From Lama guanicoe (taxonomy: Eukaryota), in contig MU054026.1 of NCBI GenBank assembly GCA_013239625.1, positions 868,001-932,000 on the forward strand: DNA of 64,000 bases, given 5' to 3'. The notes under the pieces were generated by a model that was not told the origin of the DNA, ran no database searches, and saw only the letters and a program-made list of their open reading frames with translations. This document shows, one piece after another, positions 27,005 through 40,407 of the stretch (positions are counted from its first letter, which is position 1; every line of letters starts with the position of its first letter). The position numbers and the translations under genes are program-made.

Positions 27005-28431
27005 TGCATGAACACACAAACAATACTTCCATTCTGAATTTTACGGCGGGCTCGTCATTGTGAACTGACCTAAGACAATTTGGTCATGAACAGTATCATA
27101 ACCTTTTTAGTAAAAATCAAAACTTATCAATAGGTATAGATAGATGATAAGCATGTATTTCTTCCTCCTTAACTATGGGGAAAGGTAATCTCACACATAC
27201 AAACATGTATTAGCGAGGAGGCACAAAGCAATCACATAATCTGTTCAGTAGACTTGATAAAAATCTCACATCTGGCCTTTTGTTCTAAAAGTACTTTGCA
27301 CTCTAGAAGTAAACATGATAGTACCTTTAGGGGCAAGATCCTTCGACCCCGGTAGAATCAGGTTACCAAAAGCCAGTGGCTACATACATTGCCAGTTATG
27401 AATCCAGCCTAGAGAATAATTATAAAACATACACAATGAAGAGTTGACTAGATCCTTATTCCCTTATGCCTTCTACTAGGCAACAGTGTGGACTGTCTCA
27501 ATAATATTTTAGACAATATTTTGATCACCATTAATTTTGCCAGCAAAATCTCAACATTTTACATTCTTTGTGTTAAATAACAAATCATTCATTTTCCTAC
27601 TAATATGCATTATGCTAGTTAGCAATGATGAACATTAAATATATTTTTTGGCTGAACTGCCAAGCGGCTGAGCAATAAGATATATATTCATTAGAAGACA
27701 AGGGTGAAGATATATCATTTCTGGTCACTCATTAAACTAATTGTACATGCTGGTGGATAGATAAAAACTAACACCATCCTTCTCACTCCACACATACACA
27801 TATTGCCTGTGCCAAAGTATTTCAAGACAAATGGCAGACATCATAATGATTCGTCCATAAATATTTCATGGAGTTTTACTAAAAAATAAAATTTTCCATA
27901 GCTACAAAATACAATCAGCACAAAAATATGAATAATAATTTCTCAGCATCCTCTTATAACCAGTAAAAAAGAATCCCCTTCTGTCCAAAGATGTCCTTTG
28001 TATTTTTTTCATACCAAATACGACTCAAACCAAACCATATGTTACAACTGGTTGTTACATCTCTTAACTTTCTTTCAATTCTCAAGTTGTTTTTGCAATG
28101 TCATTCTGCCAACTGACCTATAAGTTGCTAATTTGGGGTTTGTGTGATTACTTCCTTGTGATGTCATTTAATTTTTTTCCTTTATCCCCGTAACTCCTAT
28201 AAATTGGAAGTTAATTCTAAATAGTCAATTAAAAACAAGCTACTTTTTTTCCCAAAGGAACATCAGAGGTGATTTTATGTGTTGTATATTGATTTTCTCA
28301 TTTTGAGGATCATTATGGACCAATGACTTTTCATGGACTCATTTATTTCAGTTATCATTATTATTTTTTATGTCCACATTGTAACAGCAGTAGTCAGCAG
28401 AACCCCCTATAAGCTGTCACCTTTGTTCTTT

Positions 28432-28819
28432 CCTTTTTCTTTTTGTTTTTTAATAGAAGGATAGTTGACTTACAATATTATACTAGTTTCAGGTGTATAG
28501 CATAGTAATTTGCTATTTTTATAGGTAACACTTGATGCAAAGTTTTTTTATAAAATGTTGCTGTATTCCCTGTGCAGTACAATACATCTTTTAACTTATT
28601 TATTTTATACCCAATAGTTTGCACCTCTTAATCCCCTTCACCTATTTTGCACCTTCCCCCACCCTCTCCCTTCTTATAACAAGATGAATGGACCTAGAGG
28701 GGCAATTTTACTTCATGAAATAAGTTAGGCAGAGAAAGGCAAATACTGTTTGTTTTCACTTATACGTGAAATCTAAAAAATGAAACAAACAAATATAACA
28801 AAACAGAAACAGACTCACA
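28432..28819 (-). mobile_element. L1 3' end with 5' inversion (twin-priming structure)
   Basis: 28432-28680 is T-tail + 3'UTR on minus; 28681-28819 is the adjoining upstream L1 segment on plus; tttgttcttt flanks at 28422-28431 and 28820-28829. Confidence 0.85.
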
Positions 28820-30469
28820 TTTGTTCTTTTGACATTAGTAATCTTTGAAAACTTTCCTCTCTGAAACGAGATATTCCAGGCTCCCCTTCCCCTCTCCTTG
28901 CTTACATATAGGACTTAGCCATTTTTCCAAGGAAGCCAGGATTCTTTCGGTTGAAAATTATATTAGGAAAAGAAGTCTAACTTCTTGGAGTATTTATCAG
29001 GCTTGCATCACAGGGATGACCTGGTTAGTTGATAATTTTTTTCAGATACGTAAAGATCATGAGCTCAGGTTGTTATTTCTAGATTAGCTCTAACATTACA
29101 GTGTGAGTATGAGAAGCAAGTGGGTAATTTTAAAACGGTGTTTTCATGAAGGCTTCATTAATTTAAAAAAATTGATGTGAAGAAACTGTAGACAACTTGG
29201 CAAATGTCCACGGCAGTCTAGTCAGAGGAAGGAGCAAGTACAAAAACTGTAAGACAGGCATTTGGCTATTGTGAGAAATAGTGAAGAATTTGATGTGACC
29301 TAAGAGAAATGAAAGGAAAGAGGAGATAATGAGAAGTGGGCGGGGGAGGCAATGGCCAGATCACGTGGGGCTTCTTAGATATTTTAAGGTCTTTGTATTT
29401 TATGCTAAGTGAGATGAATAGGTATTTTAGGATTTTTTTTTCATTTTGACATAACCAAGGATTAAAATGATTAATAACGCTGAGCTCTGAAAAAAGTGAA
29501 AAAAAAAATATGAGTTTAAATGCTTACCTGTGTTTTGGGAAGACAGTTATTGGATCAACACTTCTGAAGGAGTTTTTGGTGATATGCATTAAAATCCTGA
29601 AATGTTTATAACCTTTGATTTTTGTAAGTCCGCTTGTAGGAATTTTTCTTAATAAAAAATGGAACAATGCTCAGAATCATTTAAAATAGGAAAAAATTAG
29701 AAACAACAACCAATTAATAGAGAAATGGTTAAAAGTATGATTTTGCAGCTTTAAAAAGATGACATGAAGCTGCTTTTTCACTTGGTAAGATACATGTCAT
29801 ATAAGTATATATACACACAAGGGAAGAGAAACAAAGTAAACAGGAAAAAGAGGAAGAAAATCATAAGCTACTTCTTTGGAAAAGACCTCTTAGTCTTAAG
29901 CACATAATGAGTTTTCTGACAGGAGTGATAAAAATCAAAAAACAAATATAAATAAAACATAATTTTAAAAAATAGATTAATTATAATAGAATTTAAAACA
30001 TCATAAAGCATATGGAAATAAATTCACCAAGAAAAAAATGAGAGGTAGAAATCCCTGGAAAATTCTAAAAATTCTAAATTGACCCACAAAGAAACTGAAA
30101 ATGAATAGATGAATGACTTTAAATGAGAGTGAAATGCTCAATAAAAAACCAAAAAGTACTTCCTTCCCTCCACCCAAATATAAAAATACTTGCTGTAGAT
30201 AGCTTTTGAGTGTCTTCTATCAAGCTTTTAAAAAATAGACATTTTCTCTCTTACACAGTATTTTCTGGGAGAAAAGGAACTATTGTTTAGTTATTTTATG
30301 AGGCTTGTATAATTTTATTCCTAGTCAGATACAGATAGAAAAAGAGAAGACAATGAAATATAAAAATTAAAAAGCAAGTATTAGGTAGTCCATTCCTACT
30401 ATGTAATACAAAAGCATACTTCAAGATTAAATAGGATTTATCGGTATTCATGATGGTTAACAATAAATC

Positions 30470-31515
30470 ACCTTGCAAACTCCTAACCATGGCCCATAAA
30501 CCTTGCATCATTTGGCCCTTGCTTACTTGTTTTAACCTAATCTGTGTCTCCTTTTATTGTTGGTAGATTCTAGCCACATATATCTATCTTGTTCTACACA
30601 GCATTAATCTCTTTTCTGACTCAGCCTTTGTACTTATAATTCTCTTTCTGGAATTCTTTTACAGCAGCTTTCCTATTGGCTATATCTTTTTCCCTTCATT
30701 CAGGCCACTGCAGCAAAGTGTGTTACAGCTCAGTGTGACAGCAACCTGGATCCTGGCGGGAAACCAAGCAGCACTCGGAGGGTTGGAGAACACAGATTTA
30801 TTACACCAGCAGGCCCAGAGGAGTTAACACTCCAAGCTCTGGAACCCATCTGTAGGTTTACACAGGCTTTTATAGGCTGCCAGTCTTCACTTTGCAAAAT
30901 CATATGCAAATAAGGTGTAACAATGTTGATTAATTAGGAATGAGCTTTGTAGAAATGGACCAATCAGGAGTGATAGAAATGGACCAACCAGAAGTGAGCT
31001 CCATGCAAATGAGGTGCTACAAATGGACCAAACAGGAGTTAGCTCAGGGACCCAATAGAATCTTAGGGGTAAGTTCCACTTTCCTAGAAGCAAGCCATTT
31101 CAGAGGCAAAAAGCGAGATAATGCCACCAGGCCAGGGAACTGGATGGTGCTGGCAGGAGCGTAGTGGCCTTGCCTTGGGGGTCCTGCTGGTCTTTTTCAT
31201 GGGGCTTCCCACCTCAAGACCAAATGTTTGCCCCTCAGATAGATCTTTTTTGACCACCCACTCAGAGAAGCCCCTCTGTCTACCCTCCCTTCCAGTAATC
31301 TTTGTCTTTTCAAAAATTATCGTGACATGTTCATTATTGTTACTACGTTTGTCATTATCTGAACTATCTTGCACATTACTTGTGTACTGGGCATTCTGTA
31401 ACACCCAGTGCTAAGACACAGGCTTCCAAGATAGAGTCTTTCTCCAGAATAGTATTAAACAGATAGACAAGCTACTCTTACATAAACTTTACATAAACTT
31501 CATAAATGAATGAAG
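30470..31515 (+). mobile_element. L2 3' fragment interrupted by a solo LTR
   Basis: 'caaactcctaaccatggcccataaaccttgcatcatttggccc', 'cttcattcagg' | 'caaatgtttgcccctcagatagatcttttttgaccaccc', and an (ATGA) tail near 31510. Confidence 0.65.
30721..31216 (-). mobile_element. ERV solo LTR with repeated CCAAT-type boxes
   Basis: TG...CA termini (tgttacag / cccacctca); on minus TATAAAA (~30868-30874) precedes AATAAA (~30798-30803); three 'aaatggacca' repeats at 30952-31030. Confidence 0.85.
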
Positions 31516-34500
31516 GGAGCATGAAAAAGTTACCTAGGACTTCAGTTTCCTCATCTATTCCTTGAGCTAATAATAAATGCCCTGCTTACCTCAAAAGATC
31601 TTTATGAAAAATAAGGTACAGTGCACAAGTCTAATCTGACTCAGAAATAAGGTATTTTATTAGTATCATCACGCTAATCATCATCTTAGCTGTTAACATC
31701 ATGAGAATCACAAAATACATTTTATCCTAGTTTCTGTCACCATCATTTATATGAGGCAGCTCATATGGCAGCTGCATGCTATAATTATTTCTAATATCCT
31801 CTCTTCAGGAATATAGATACACCGTTCACTACTTGCCTGAAAACCAGGATTATTGCTATCATATTTTCCCACCACTAAGCTGTGTCAAGAATGTTTATGT
31901 GTGTTTTGTTGCCTTGTAAACAGATGAGCAAGATCTAAGAGGAACACTGTGCTGGGATGAAGGGCTGGCTTGCTTTTTAAAAGCTATCAATAAGAAATAT
32001 AGGGCAGCTTAAGAGATGGTTGTAAATGAAAGGCACCTGAGACGAAAGCAATCTGCCCATGAATGAGGCAAGCTCCCATAAACCAGCAGTAAGAAATGGG
32101 TGTGCAGCACAGGCGACACGCCAAAGCATTAACTTCTAAGAAGGCACAAAAATTTTGATTAAAAATAAGAATCCCAGGATGGGATTGTTCTGAAAATTTT
32201 CTGTTGGGTTAATGTCACATGGAGCAATTATTTCTTAAGTCACAATACCTGTGGAGTACTTAGTAGGTACCAGGTCTTGTCTGGGGTGTTCTGGAGGCCG
32301 CAAGGATAATTGATCATGGTTCACACCTCAAATATGAGAGATGGCATAAACATTTCACATGTACTTCTCAGCACTTTGTAATTTACAAAGTGGTTTTGTG
32401 TACATTACCTAATTTGAGTCCTGGCACAGATTTTGGGAGTGTATAGGACAATAAAACCAAGGCCATCTAGGCAAAGTGACTTCTTCAAAGTCACCTAACC
32501 AAAGGCTTAAAGTTAGTAGGTGGTGAAGCCTCAGGGGAAATCGGGTCATCTACCTCCCAACCCAGTGCTCTTTCCATTGCCTTGCCCAAGGTCCTGCTAT
32601 CTCACAGTGGGACACAAAGAGTTAAAAACACAAACCTCCACGCGATGCGTGTCATGGGAGAGGCTTGCATGAAGTAGCTGGAGGAAGAAAAGATTCCTTG
32701 GAGGGTGTGGCATTTCAACAAAGACCAAAGTCATGGAACAACTTCTGCCAACCAGGAGCTCATGACCTTGGCAATGTACTTATGAGCCAGTCCAAATCGG
32801 AAATTGTTGCTAAGCGGGCAGCACGTGCAAGCATTGTGGATACAGGGAAAGTAAGGTGATGTCTGAGAAAGTGCCAAACGAAAGTGATAGTTAATCAGAA
32901 GAACATAATAGGCAGAAGCCTTACCAGGAGACCTTCAGGGCATCGGATCTTAAGTACCTGGATACTTGAACTTCTGGGAGACAGCATTACAAGGTGGGCT
33001 GCAGCATCACGGACTTCAAGTAGAATGTTCTTGGGGGTGAGCAGAGATCTCAGTGGAGTAGAAACTGAGTTGAAGAATAACACTAGATATTTCTCTAATT
33101 ATCATTTGGCTCCTGCAGAAATAAGAAAGCTAAAAAGAATTAAGCAAATAAATCTTACAAGGCTCCAGTGTGAGGGCAGATTTAATTGGTGTGCCATATT
33201 GCCGATTCACTTTGGCAGGGAGCTCGGGCTGGTTTGAAAGCAGTCAAGTGAGAACTCATAACAGAGGAGGCCTTCTGCTCTGTCTTACATTTTCCTGAAT
33301 ATACCACTATTAGATGGCTATTCATATCAGAACTATTATTCAGGACTGATTTTTTTTTCTTCTAAACATGATAAAAAGAGATGTCAGTTTTGCAAAATTT
33401 AGAAAAAGGCTGACATTAAACTAATTCAAAATGTTAAGTCCTGGGTATAATCCCACTACTAAAATTTTAGAGTATTAAATTTTTGTCTTTGATTGGTATA
33501 CTGTGAAATATGCATGTGCATAAAATGGATTTATATGTTTGTCGTGTATGGTCATAGTCACATGCATATATATAGTTATATGAAACATATATACATAAAT
33601 AGATAGGTAGATATAGGTGTATGTCATGCTTTAAAGTTTGATCACATTATGTATAGAGTTTTATGTCTTATTTTTTTCCACTCAGCATCTGTGAAAATTG
33701 TAGTGTTTTATGTAGCCCCAAATAGTCGCCTGACTTCTTCCAAAAGTCTTCTTCCAACAGACATGTATGCAAAGGGGAATTTTGCCAGACAATTGTCCCT
33801 GAGTCCATGTGTTCTGCAAGTGTTTCTTTTTGAAAGTTTGCTGCCCTCCCGGTGCCTCCATTCCCTCTCCAGAGGCTCAGTGACTAGTTCCAGGTCAGTT
33901 CTCCTCTGATCTAACTTGGTCAATACTCTACTGCCCTCACCAAAGGGGTAATGCCGAGGAGGGCACATGCCTTGATGGCTCCATTTATAAATTTTCCTGA
34001 ATATCACGCAAGAGAAGACTGTAGATGCACAACACACTTCACTGAAGTATGGAGGACAGCCAGAGGAGATTGATGCTCTGAGGACAGAGGGTAGGGTGGG
34101 AGGTAACTTGGATACTGCGCATGGAAATCCCCAGAATCTACGGCAAAGGAGCAAACATTAACACCGTTTGGGGTTCACCATTGCCTAGATTTGCTGCACT
34201 ATTTTGAGTTGTGCTCTCCCCAACCCCGTCACTGCCTCCCAAAGGACACAATACCCTGAAGCATCACATATCCCACAAATCTGAGCTACTTAGTTTTAGG
34301 AATACACACGCAGAGGTGGGGTCATCTGTGGCCAGGTGGAGAGGGGCCAGTGTACGTTTCTCAGAAGACCAGTCCAGGCTGGGGGCAGGGAGGCTCCAGA
34401 TCTGGTCCTCTGTGTTATCTTTGCCAGTATCAGGGGAAGATAAGCTTTTTCATTTCTTTTCTTCCTCCAGTCTTCATGGTTGGAAACTATTGTATCAAAT

Positions 34501-35269
34501 TCACTAAATACACTTGTGCAAATGGACACACACACACATTACAAATAATAGTTCACACAAAGGAGGCAAGCTCCGTTTCTTCTTTGCACATCCTCCTCCA
34601 CTTCAAGAAATGTCCACAGTCTACTCATTCATAAGAAATTCAGTCTCATAATTGCACCTTTGAAATTGTAAGTCATGTCCTGAAATTACAGTTTTTCTTT
34701 ACCTTCAGGTAGAAAAATTTCTTAACCTTAATGTTTCTTCTCTGAGTACCAGTATTTACTTAACTGCTCCCCAAATGTCGACCATTTATGTTTTCATCTC
34801 TCTTGTTTACAAACATATCAGCACTTAAGGCTTCTTCCCCTTCTCACAAGCTTCACAGAGAAACAGACATGTCAGAGTCTGTAATAAGCTAAGTGGCAAA
34901 TAATATAGAACAAACTTGCAAAAACCTGGGTTTTGATCTTTACTATTTCATTAACTCAGGAATGTTGGACAAATCACTTCAGCTTGTGTGTTGCCATTCA
35001 ATCTCTTTTCAAAATTATGTAAATGAGCAAAACAACCTTTAGGATCCCTTTAGATATTAGTCTATGCCTCCAAAAGTACTTCAATCGGTAATTCTTGGCC
35101 CTTGAGCCAAGTTACCTCCAAATGCCTTCAACTGTCAATGGTATCAATCAGATAACTATTAACCGCAAAACTAATTGTCTTTGATTTTAAGTAGAATTGC
35201 ATCTGTCTATCGCAGTTATTAGGGAAGGATAACTACTATAAAAATCAAGACAGGAGACAAGAGTTAGGG

Positions 35270-35495
35270 CAGGAGTGAAACCTAATGTAAACTATTGACT
35301 GGTTGATAATAATGTACTCATGTTGGTTCATTGATTGTACCAAATATGTCACACTGATGAGGGATATTGAGGGTAGGGGAGTATATATATGTGTGGGTGG
35401 GGAGAGCTATGTGAGAACTCTCTGTATTTTCTGCTCAATTTTGCTGTGAACCCAAAACTGCTCTAAGAAATAAAGTCTATTAACTTTTAAAAAAT
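35270..35495 (+). mobile_element. L1MC-type 3' end
   Basis: 'cctaatgtaaactat..ttggttcattgattgta..gagaactctctgtattttctgctcaattttgctgtgaacccaaaactgctctaagaaataaagtct'. Confidence 0.85.
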
Positions 35496-36829
35496 CAAGG
35501 CAGGCAAGACAATTGTGGAAAGGTTGGTAATCAGTGAGTACCATGCTCACCTGGGTTATAATTGCAGACTTCCTCCTTGCTTTCCACCATTTGCCATCCA
35601 TTGTTGAGATCTTGTGAGTAGAGAACTTTCTTAAGCACTAGGAATTCAGCAGTAAACAAGTAAAGAATAGGATTCCTCCCCTGGAGACCTTAAATTCCAC
35701 ATCTTAAGAATCACTAAGAAGCTTGTCAATGACAAACTGGAGAAAGTGTGTATGTCTGTATGCTCTGTTGCATGTGGGAGATGTGAGGGCTTGGTCCTTA
35801 TGTGAAGTTTGGGAAGGAGAGGGTCAAAAAGAGGGAGGAGATTCTTTCTATTGAAAGGAAACAAAACAAAAACTTCTCCAGCCCAGTCCTCAATAACTCT
35901 TGTACTTTGCCCCATTTTGGGCAAAGTACAAGCCTGAGTGATCTCACTTCTTTAGAAACCTCTTAAGTTACTGCTATTTTTTAAGCCTGAATCCTGAAAT
36001 GCTGATCGATACATTTTGGCTTCCTATCTTAATTTCTTCCTTATAAGCTTTCTAGATAGTTCTCAAATTGCATCCTGAGAGAAATAATGACAAAGATTGT
36101 TCAAAACGCTAATATTCATTTTTGGCTCCCAGTCACAACACCCTCCCCACTTTCCTATCTTTGCCTCAGCAAAGGTTAATGAGACCGTGCTCATGTTGAG
36201 ATCCTGACTCCAGATGCTCCCAAAGTTGGTGTGTTATCATTTCCATTGGAAACTGAACTGTTTTCAGACCCGTGTTGATAAAGATAAGAAGGGTAATCAG
36301 TGATTTAATAGCATATGAAATGGCAAGATTAAGAAATACGAATAGAAGCAGATCCCCATTCCACTATCAAGTTGATACCAGTACTGTCGGCTGCTTATGT
36401 CATTTTACATCTTTAAACTTCATTATCTTCAGTCATGAAATGAAACAGCTAGATTAGAATACTTTTAGTGTCTTATTATATCTTGCTGGTATGTTTTAAG
36501 CAGTCTTATTGAGGGTGGATAGTCGCTGAATTTTTCCAGAGCCACAATTGTATAATTCTTACTTCTGCTGGGATTTTTCTTTGTATTCTATGACAAGAAG
36601 GCTAGGATGTGACATAATTATTTTGTTAAGGACAAAGAGTGCTTATAAAGTATATATCAGATTTTTTTTCCCTACAAGTTCCTGAACAAGGAAAACACAG
36701 CCTAAATTTTAGATACAGGAGTATCTTGACTCTCAGAGAAAAGCAAATGAATGCACAGAGAGCTAAGAATATAATTGATAATCAACAGTCTTGGATAGAT
36801 ATTATTAATCTAATTTGAAGTTAAGGAGG

Positions 36830-37871
36830 TTATGATGGTTTTAAAAATATGTCTACATATTATTTAATAGTGTCACCTTCAAGAAGAGAATATGGCAGAA
36901 TTTATGATTTGTCTCCTCTGATAATAGAACAATTGTGTTCTTTTTTCTGTCTCTCTGATCACTTGTTCTGAGGGAAGCCATCTACTATGTTGAAAGATGC
37001 TCCATGGAGAGGCCAAATGGTGAGGCACAGAGGATGCCTCTAGTCAGCAACCAGTGAAGAATTAAGGCCCTCAGAACAACACCCTACAGAACAGTAGACC
37101 TATCAAAAGTGACATGATGGAGACCGGCTCTCCAGTCAAGCCTTCAGATGAGACTCCAGCTCCAGCTGACAGCGTGATTGACTGCCACCTTGGTAGAGAC
37201 CCTGAGTACAAATCACCTGTCGGGACAATCTTGGATTTCTCGTGTAACAGAAAAGAACAAATCTGACTCCATATTAGATCTGTTTCTTTGACTTTAACCC
37301 TGTGCCCTGTTTTCTAGGCTTAGCCTTGCCAGCTCTGCACCTTTTGTGAAACAATGTTGCCTTTAGCCTGAAATAGACAGGAGAGCCTATTCTCAGGGCT
37401 CTGACTTTTAAGGATATTAACACTTTTGCACTACTATAAAGATAAAAAGTTGCAGAATAGAAAATAACATGTTTTTTGTTGGAGGTTTACAGGGGCACCA
37501 TGATCTGACCCAGGTGAATGGCTGCAAGAACAATGGGTTCAAAAAACAAAGAATTCATACACCAAGAAGTTTGCAACAGCCAACCACAACTCCTCCCCTT
37601 TTAGTACAAAAAGAGACTGAATTCTAACTGGAGCAGGATGGTTCTCCAAGACGTTAGTCTGTCATCCTCTAGGTCTGCTGGTTTTCCAAATAAAGTCACT
37701 ATTCTTTGCCCCAACACCTCGTCTCCCGATTTATTGGCCTGTCGTGTGGTGAGCAGAACGAGTTTGGACTCGGCAACACTCACCCACAGAAAATGGGAGA
37801 TTGTTGTTGTTGTTATTTTGAAGAGCTGAGTTTGGAAGCAATTTGTTACACAGCAATAAGTAATTAATACA
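36830..37871 (+). mobile_element. MLT1E/F-like MaLR LTR split by an ERV1 LTR
   Basis: 'ccagtcaagccttcagatgagactccagc..gagaccctgag' joins across the insert to 'cccacagaaaatgggagat..tttgttacacagcaataagtaattaataca'. Confidence 0.8.
37243..37778 (+). mobile_element. ERV1 solo LTR with 4-bp TSD
   Basis: TGTAACAG...GGCAACA termini, AATAAA at ~37688-37693, flanks ctcg (37239-37242) and ctca (37779-37782). Confidence 0.9.
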
Positions 37872-40280
37872 GAGATGCTCCAGAGCACCTCTTAGAGATG
37901 CTTTCCATTGCTTTGGAATCTCATTTATTAAAAAATTATCAATACACCTCTAAGACTGATGTCCAAAGTTCATTTCAACTTATTTCCCCTTACCTTCTAT
38001 GTATGATTCCTGAGTTGCCATCTTTAGATGAAACTAGACATTTTGCTAGAATTATGCTTTCAGGTTACCGAGTCTTTGTATGTGGTTTTTCCTGGGATGA
38101 AAATATATTCCTCCCAACAAACTGCCCAGAGTTCAAAACACATGTCATTTGCAGTATATGCTAGAATTTAAATACATTGACTCTGAGTCCAATGGAAACT
38201 TTGAGTTCTAGTTCTGCTCATAGAAAGCTGTATGATCTTGGACATGTAACATTTTTACATCTAAATGTGGATAATACTCACCTACCTGATACACAGATTA
38301 AATAAGACAGTACATGTAAAACTCTTAATTCTGGTCATTTAAACTTTTAATAACTGTTTCTTTTAATTGTTATTGTTACTCCATTTCTTATTATCCATGG
38401 AGATCCTATGTTCACCTAATTCAGATACTCTTCCTAATTTGAAACCTGATTTGTACTTTTTTTATTTCCTCCAAAAGACTTACTGTATTTTTTAATTATA
38501 ATTATTTCTACCTCCTACTAATTGTCTATAAGAAGGATATCATATCTCTTTATTCCTTGCAGTGCCTTACACATAGTGAGTGACTGCAAGTAAATAACTC
38601 TGTGTGTGTTTGTTGAATCAAGTTGGACCTTAAATTTTTTAATAATTTTTTAAATGACATTTGGCTCCTAATTTTTTTTCAACTCTCTCTTGAAACAGAC
38701 CACTCCAGGTGGGTGATTATTTCACATATTCTCAATGTCACTAGAAAAATCATTTCTCTGTTGCTATCAAGAGCAATCACTACCTTGGTTTAGAGTTTAG
38801 ACTCTATATCTTATAAGTTTAGACTCTGATATCACCTAGCTGCATGACAGGTCAACTTCTGGGATTTAGTTTTTTAAACTTTTAATTTAGATGAATATGT
38901 TCAAATTTCCTTTTGATTCTGACTTTGGAAAGTCACACTTTTCTTATATTTACTCTGTGTTTCCTGAGGCTTAATCTGTAGGTAGATAAAGAGACTGACT
39001 TTTTGGTACTCCAGTCTTTTTGCTTCTTTCTAGTCTGCATTGTAAGGAATTATTTCTTTGTGGGCCAAATAAAATTGACTTTTTAAAATGCTCCATTTGG
39101 TCTTCTTCCTTTGATTTTACAACATGAGCAGTCTGACATGTGAATTTAATGACACAGATAAAATCCTGGTGTATTCACACAAAAACTGCTTTTATGTGTT
39201 CTGGTTCCTGAGCACCAGACTGAAAGCTTATGTGCTGGTACAAGAAACAAAAGGGAAATGGCTATCTGAAAGGCTGTAAAATTTTATTTTATGTCCTAGT
39301 TTCATTTATGCCATTAGCTGTGATTACTTTAAAATTTTTATATATATTTATAATATATATATGTATTATATAAGCATATATGTTTAATATATATATTGCA
39401 GATAATAAATGACAAAGAAAAAATGTTTTTCATCCTAGCAAATTGTGTTGTTTATTAGCCACATAGGTATATTGGTAGAATATATTAAAATCATATTTTT
39501 TAGGGCTAGAAGAGAGCATGGGTGTTGTTTTATGTGGCGATTCCTAATCTGGGGTTCCTGACAAGCTGTTTTCAAATATTTTCAAAGCCTAATATGAATT
39601 ATACATTGATTTATGATATAAATATACAGAAAACATTTTGCAGAAAATTCAGACAAGAGGAGTAGGAAGCTGTTCGGATTGGTATTTTTTGGTCCTGTCC
39701 TTTTATACATAGGGAAATTAAACCGAAAAGTTTTAATTATTTTGTCAAGGTGAATCAGGATGCTGTTGTCAGGACTCATAAGCTATTTGTTGACTCCTAT
39801 TTATAATTCTTTCCACCTACCTTTTGACTAAAAACCACACTGAATCTGAACTAAGTCTTTGTGGTCCCTCTAGTCAGGAGCTTGCGCTCCCACCCATGGG
39901 CCAAGGAGCACCCAGGTAAAAAGTCTTGAACAAAGTGGGATCTTATATTAGATGCTGGTTTCCCACCATAGTGTTTATCATTCTGAAGGTCACTGCCATT
40001 TCTACTTTTAGTCTGTTTCTGACTTCTATGGATCTCTGTGTTAAACCTTTGCTTTCTGTGCAGTTAGAAATTGCCCAGTCCCCGTTTCACTTATCCACAT
40101 TCAAAGGTATGGTTCCTACTGTTATTATTGTAACAATGATAGCATATTTACGGAACACCTATTATGTAGTTGCCATTTTATTAAATATTTTGGATGCACA
40201 CTTCATTCAAAGCTAATAATAGTCCACGAAGTTGCAGGAAGTAAGACTCACTAAGTAATTCACTGATATCACTTAGTTTC

Positions 40281-40407
40281 CTTTTATTTTTATTTATTTA
40301 TTTGGGGGGGGCAGGTAATTTGGGTTTATTTATATATTTATTTTTAATGGTGGTGCTGGAGATTGTGCATGCTGGGCATGCGCTCTGCCACTGAGCTGTC
40401 CCCCCCT
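40281..40407 (-). mobile_element. Second tRNA-derived SINE (same family as 2403), B-box region deleted
   Basis: Reverse complement 'ggggggacagctcagtggcagagcgcatgcccagcatgcac...taaataaacccaaattacctgccccccc' + A-tail; degenerate flanking repeat atcacttagtttc / atcactcagcttc. Confidence 0.85.

Noticed and set aside
33708..34154. 148-aa minus-strand ORF
   Set aside because: No recognisable domain, a non-ATG start, and composition typical of chance ORFs.
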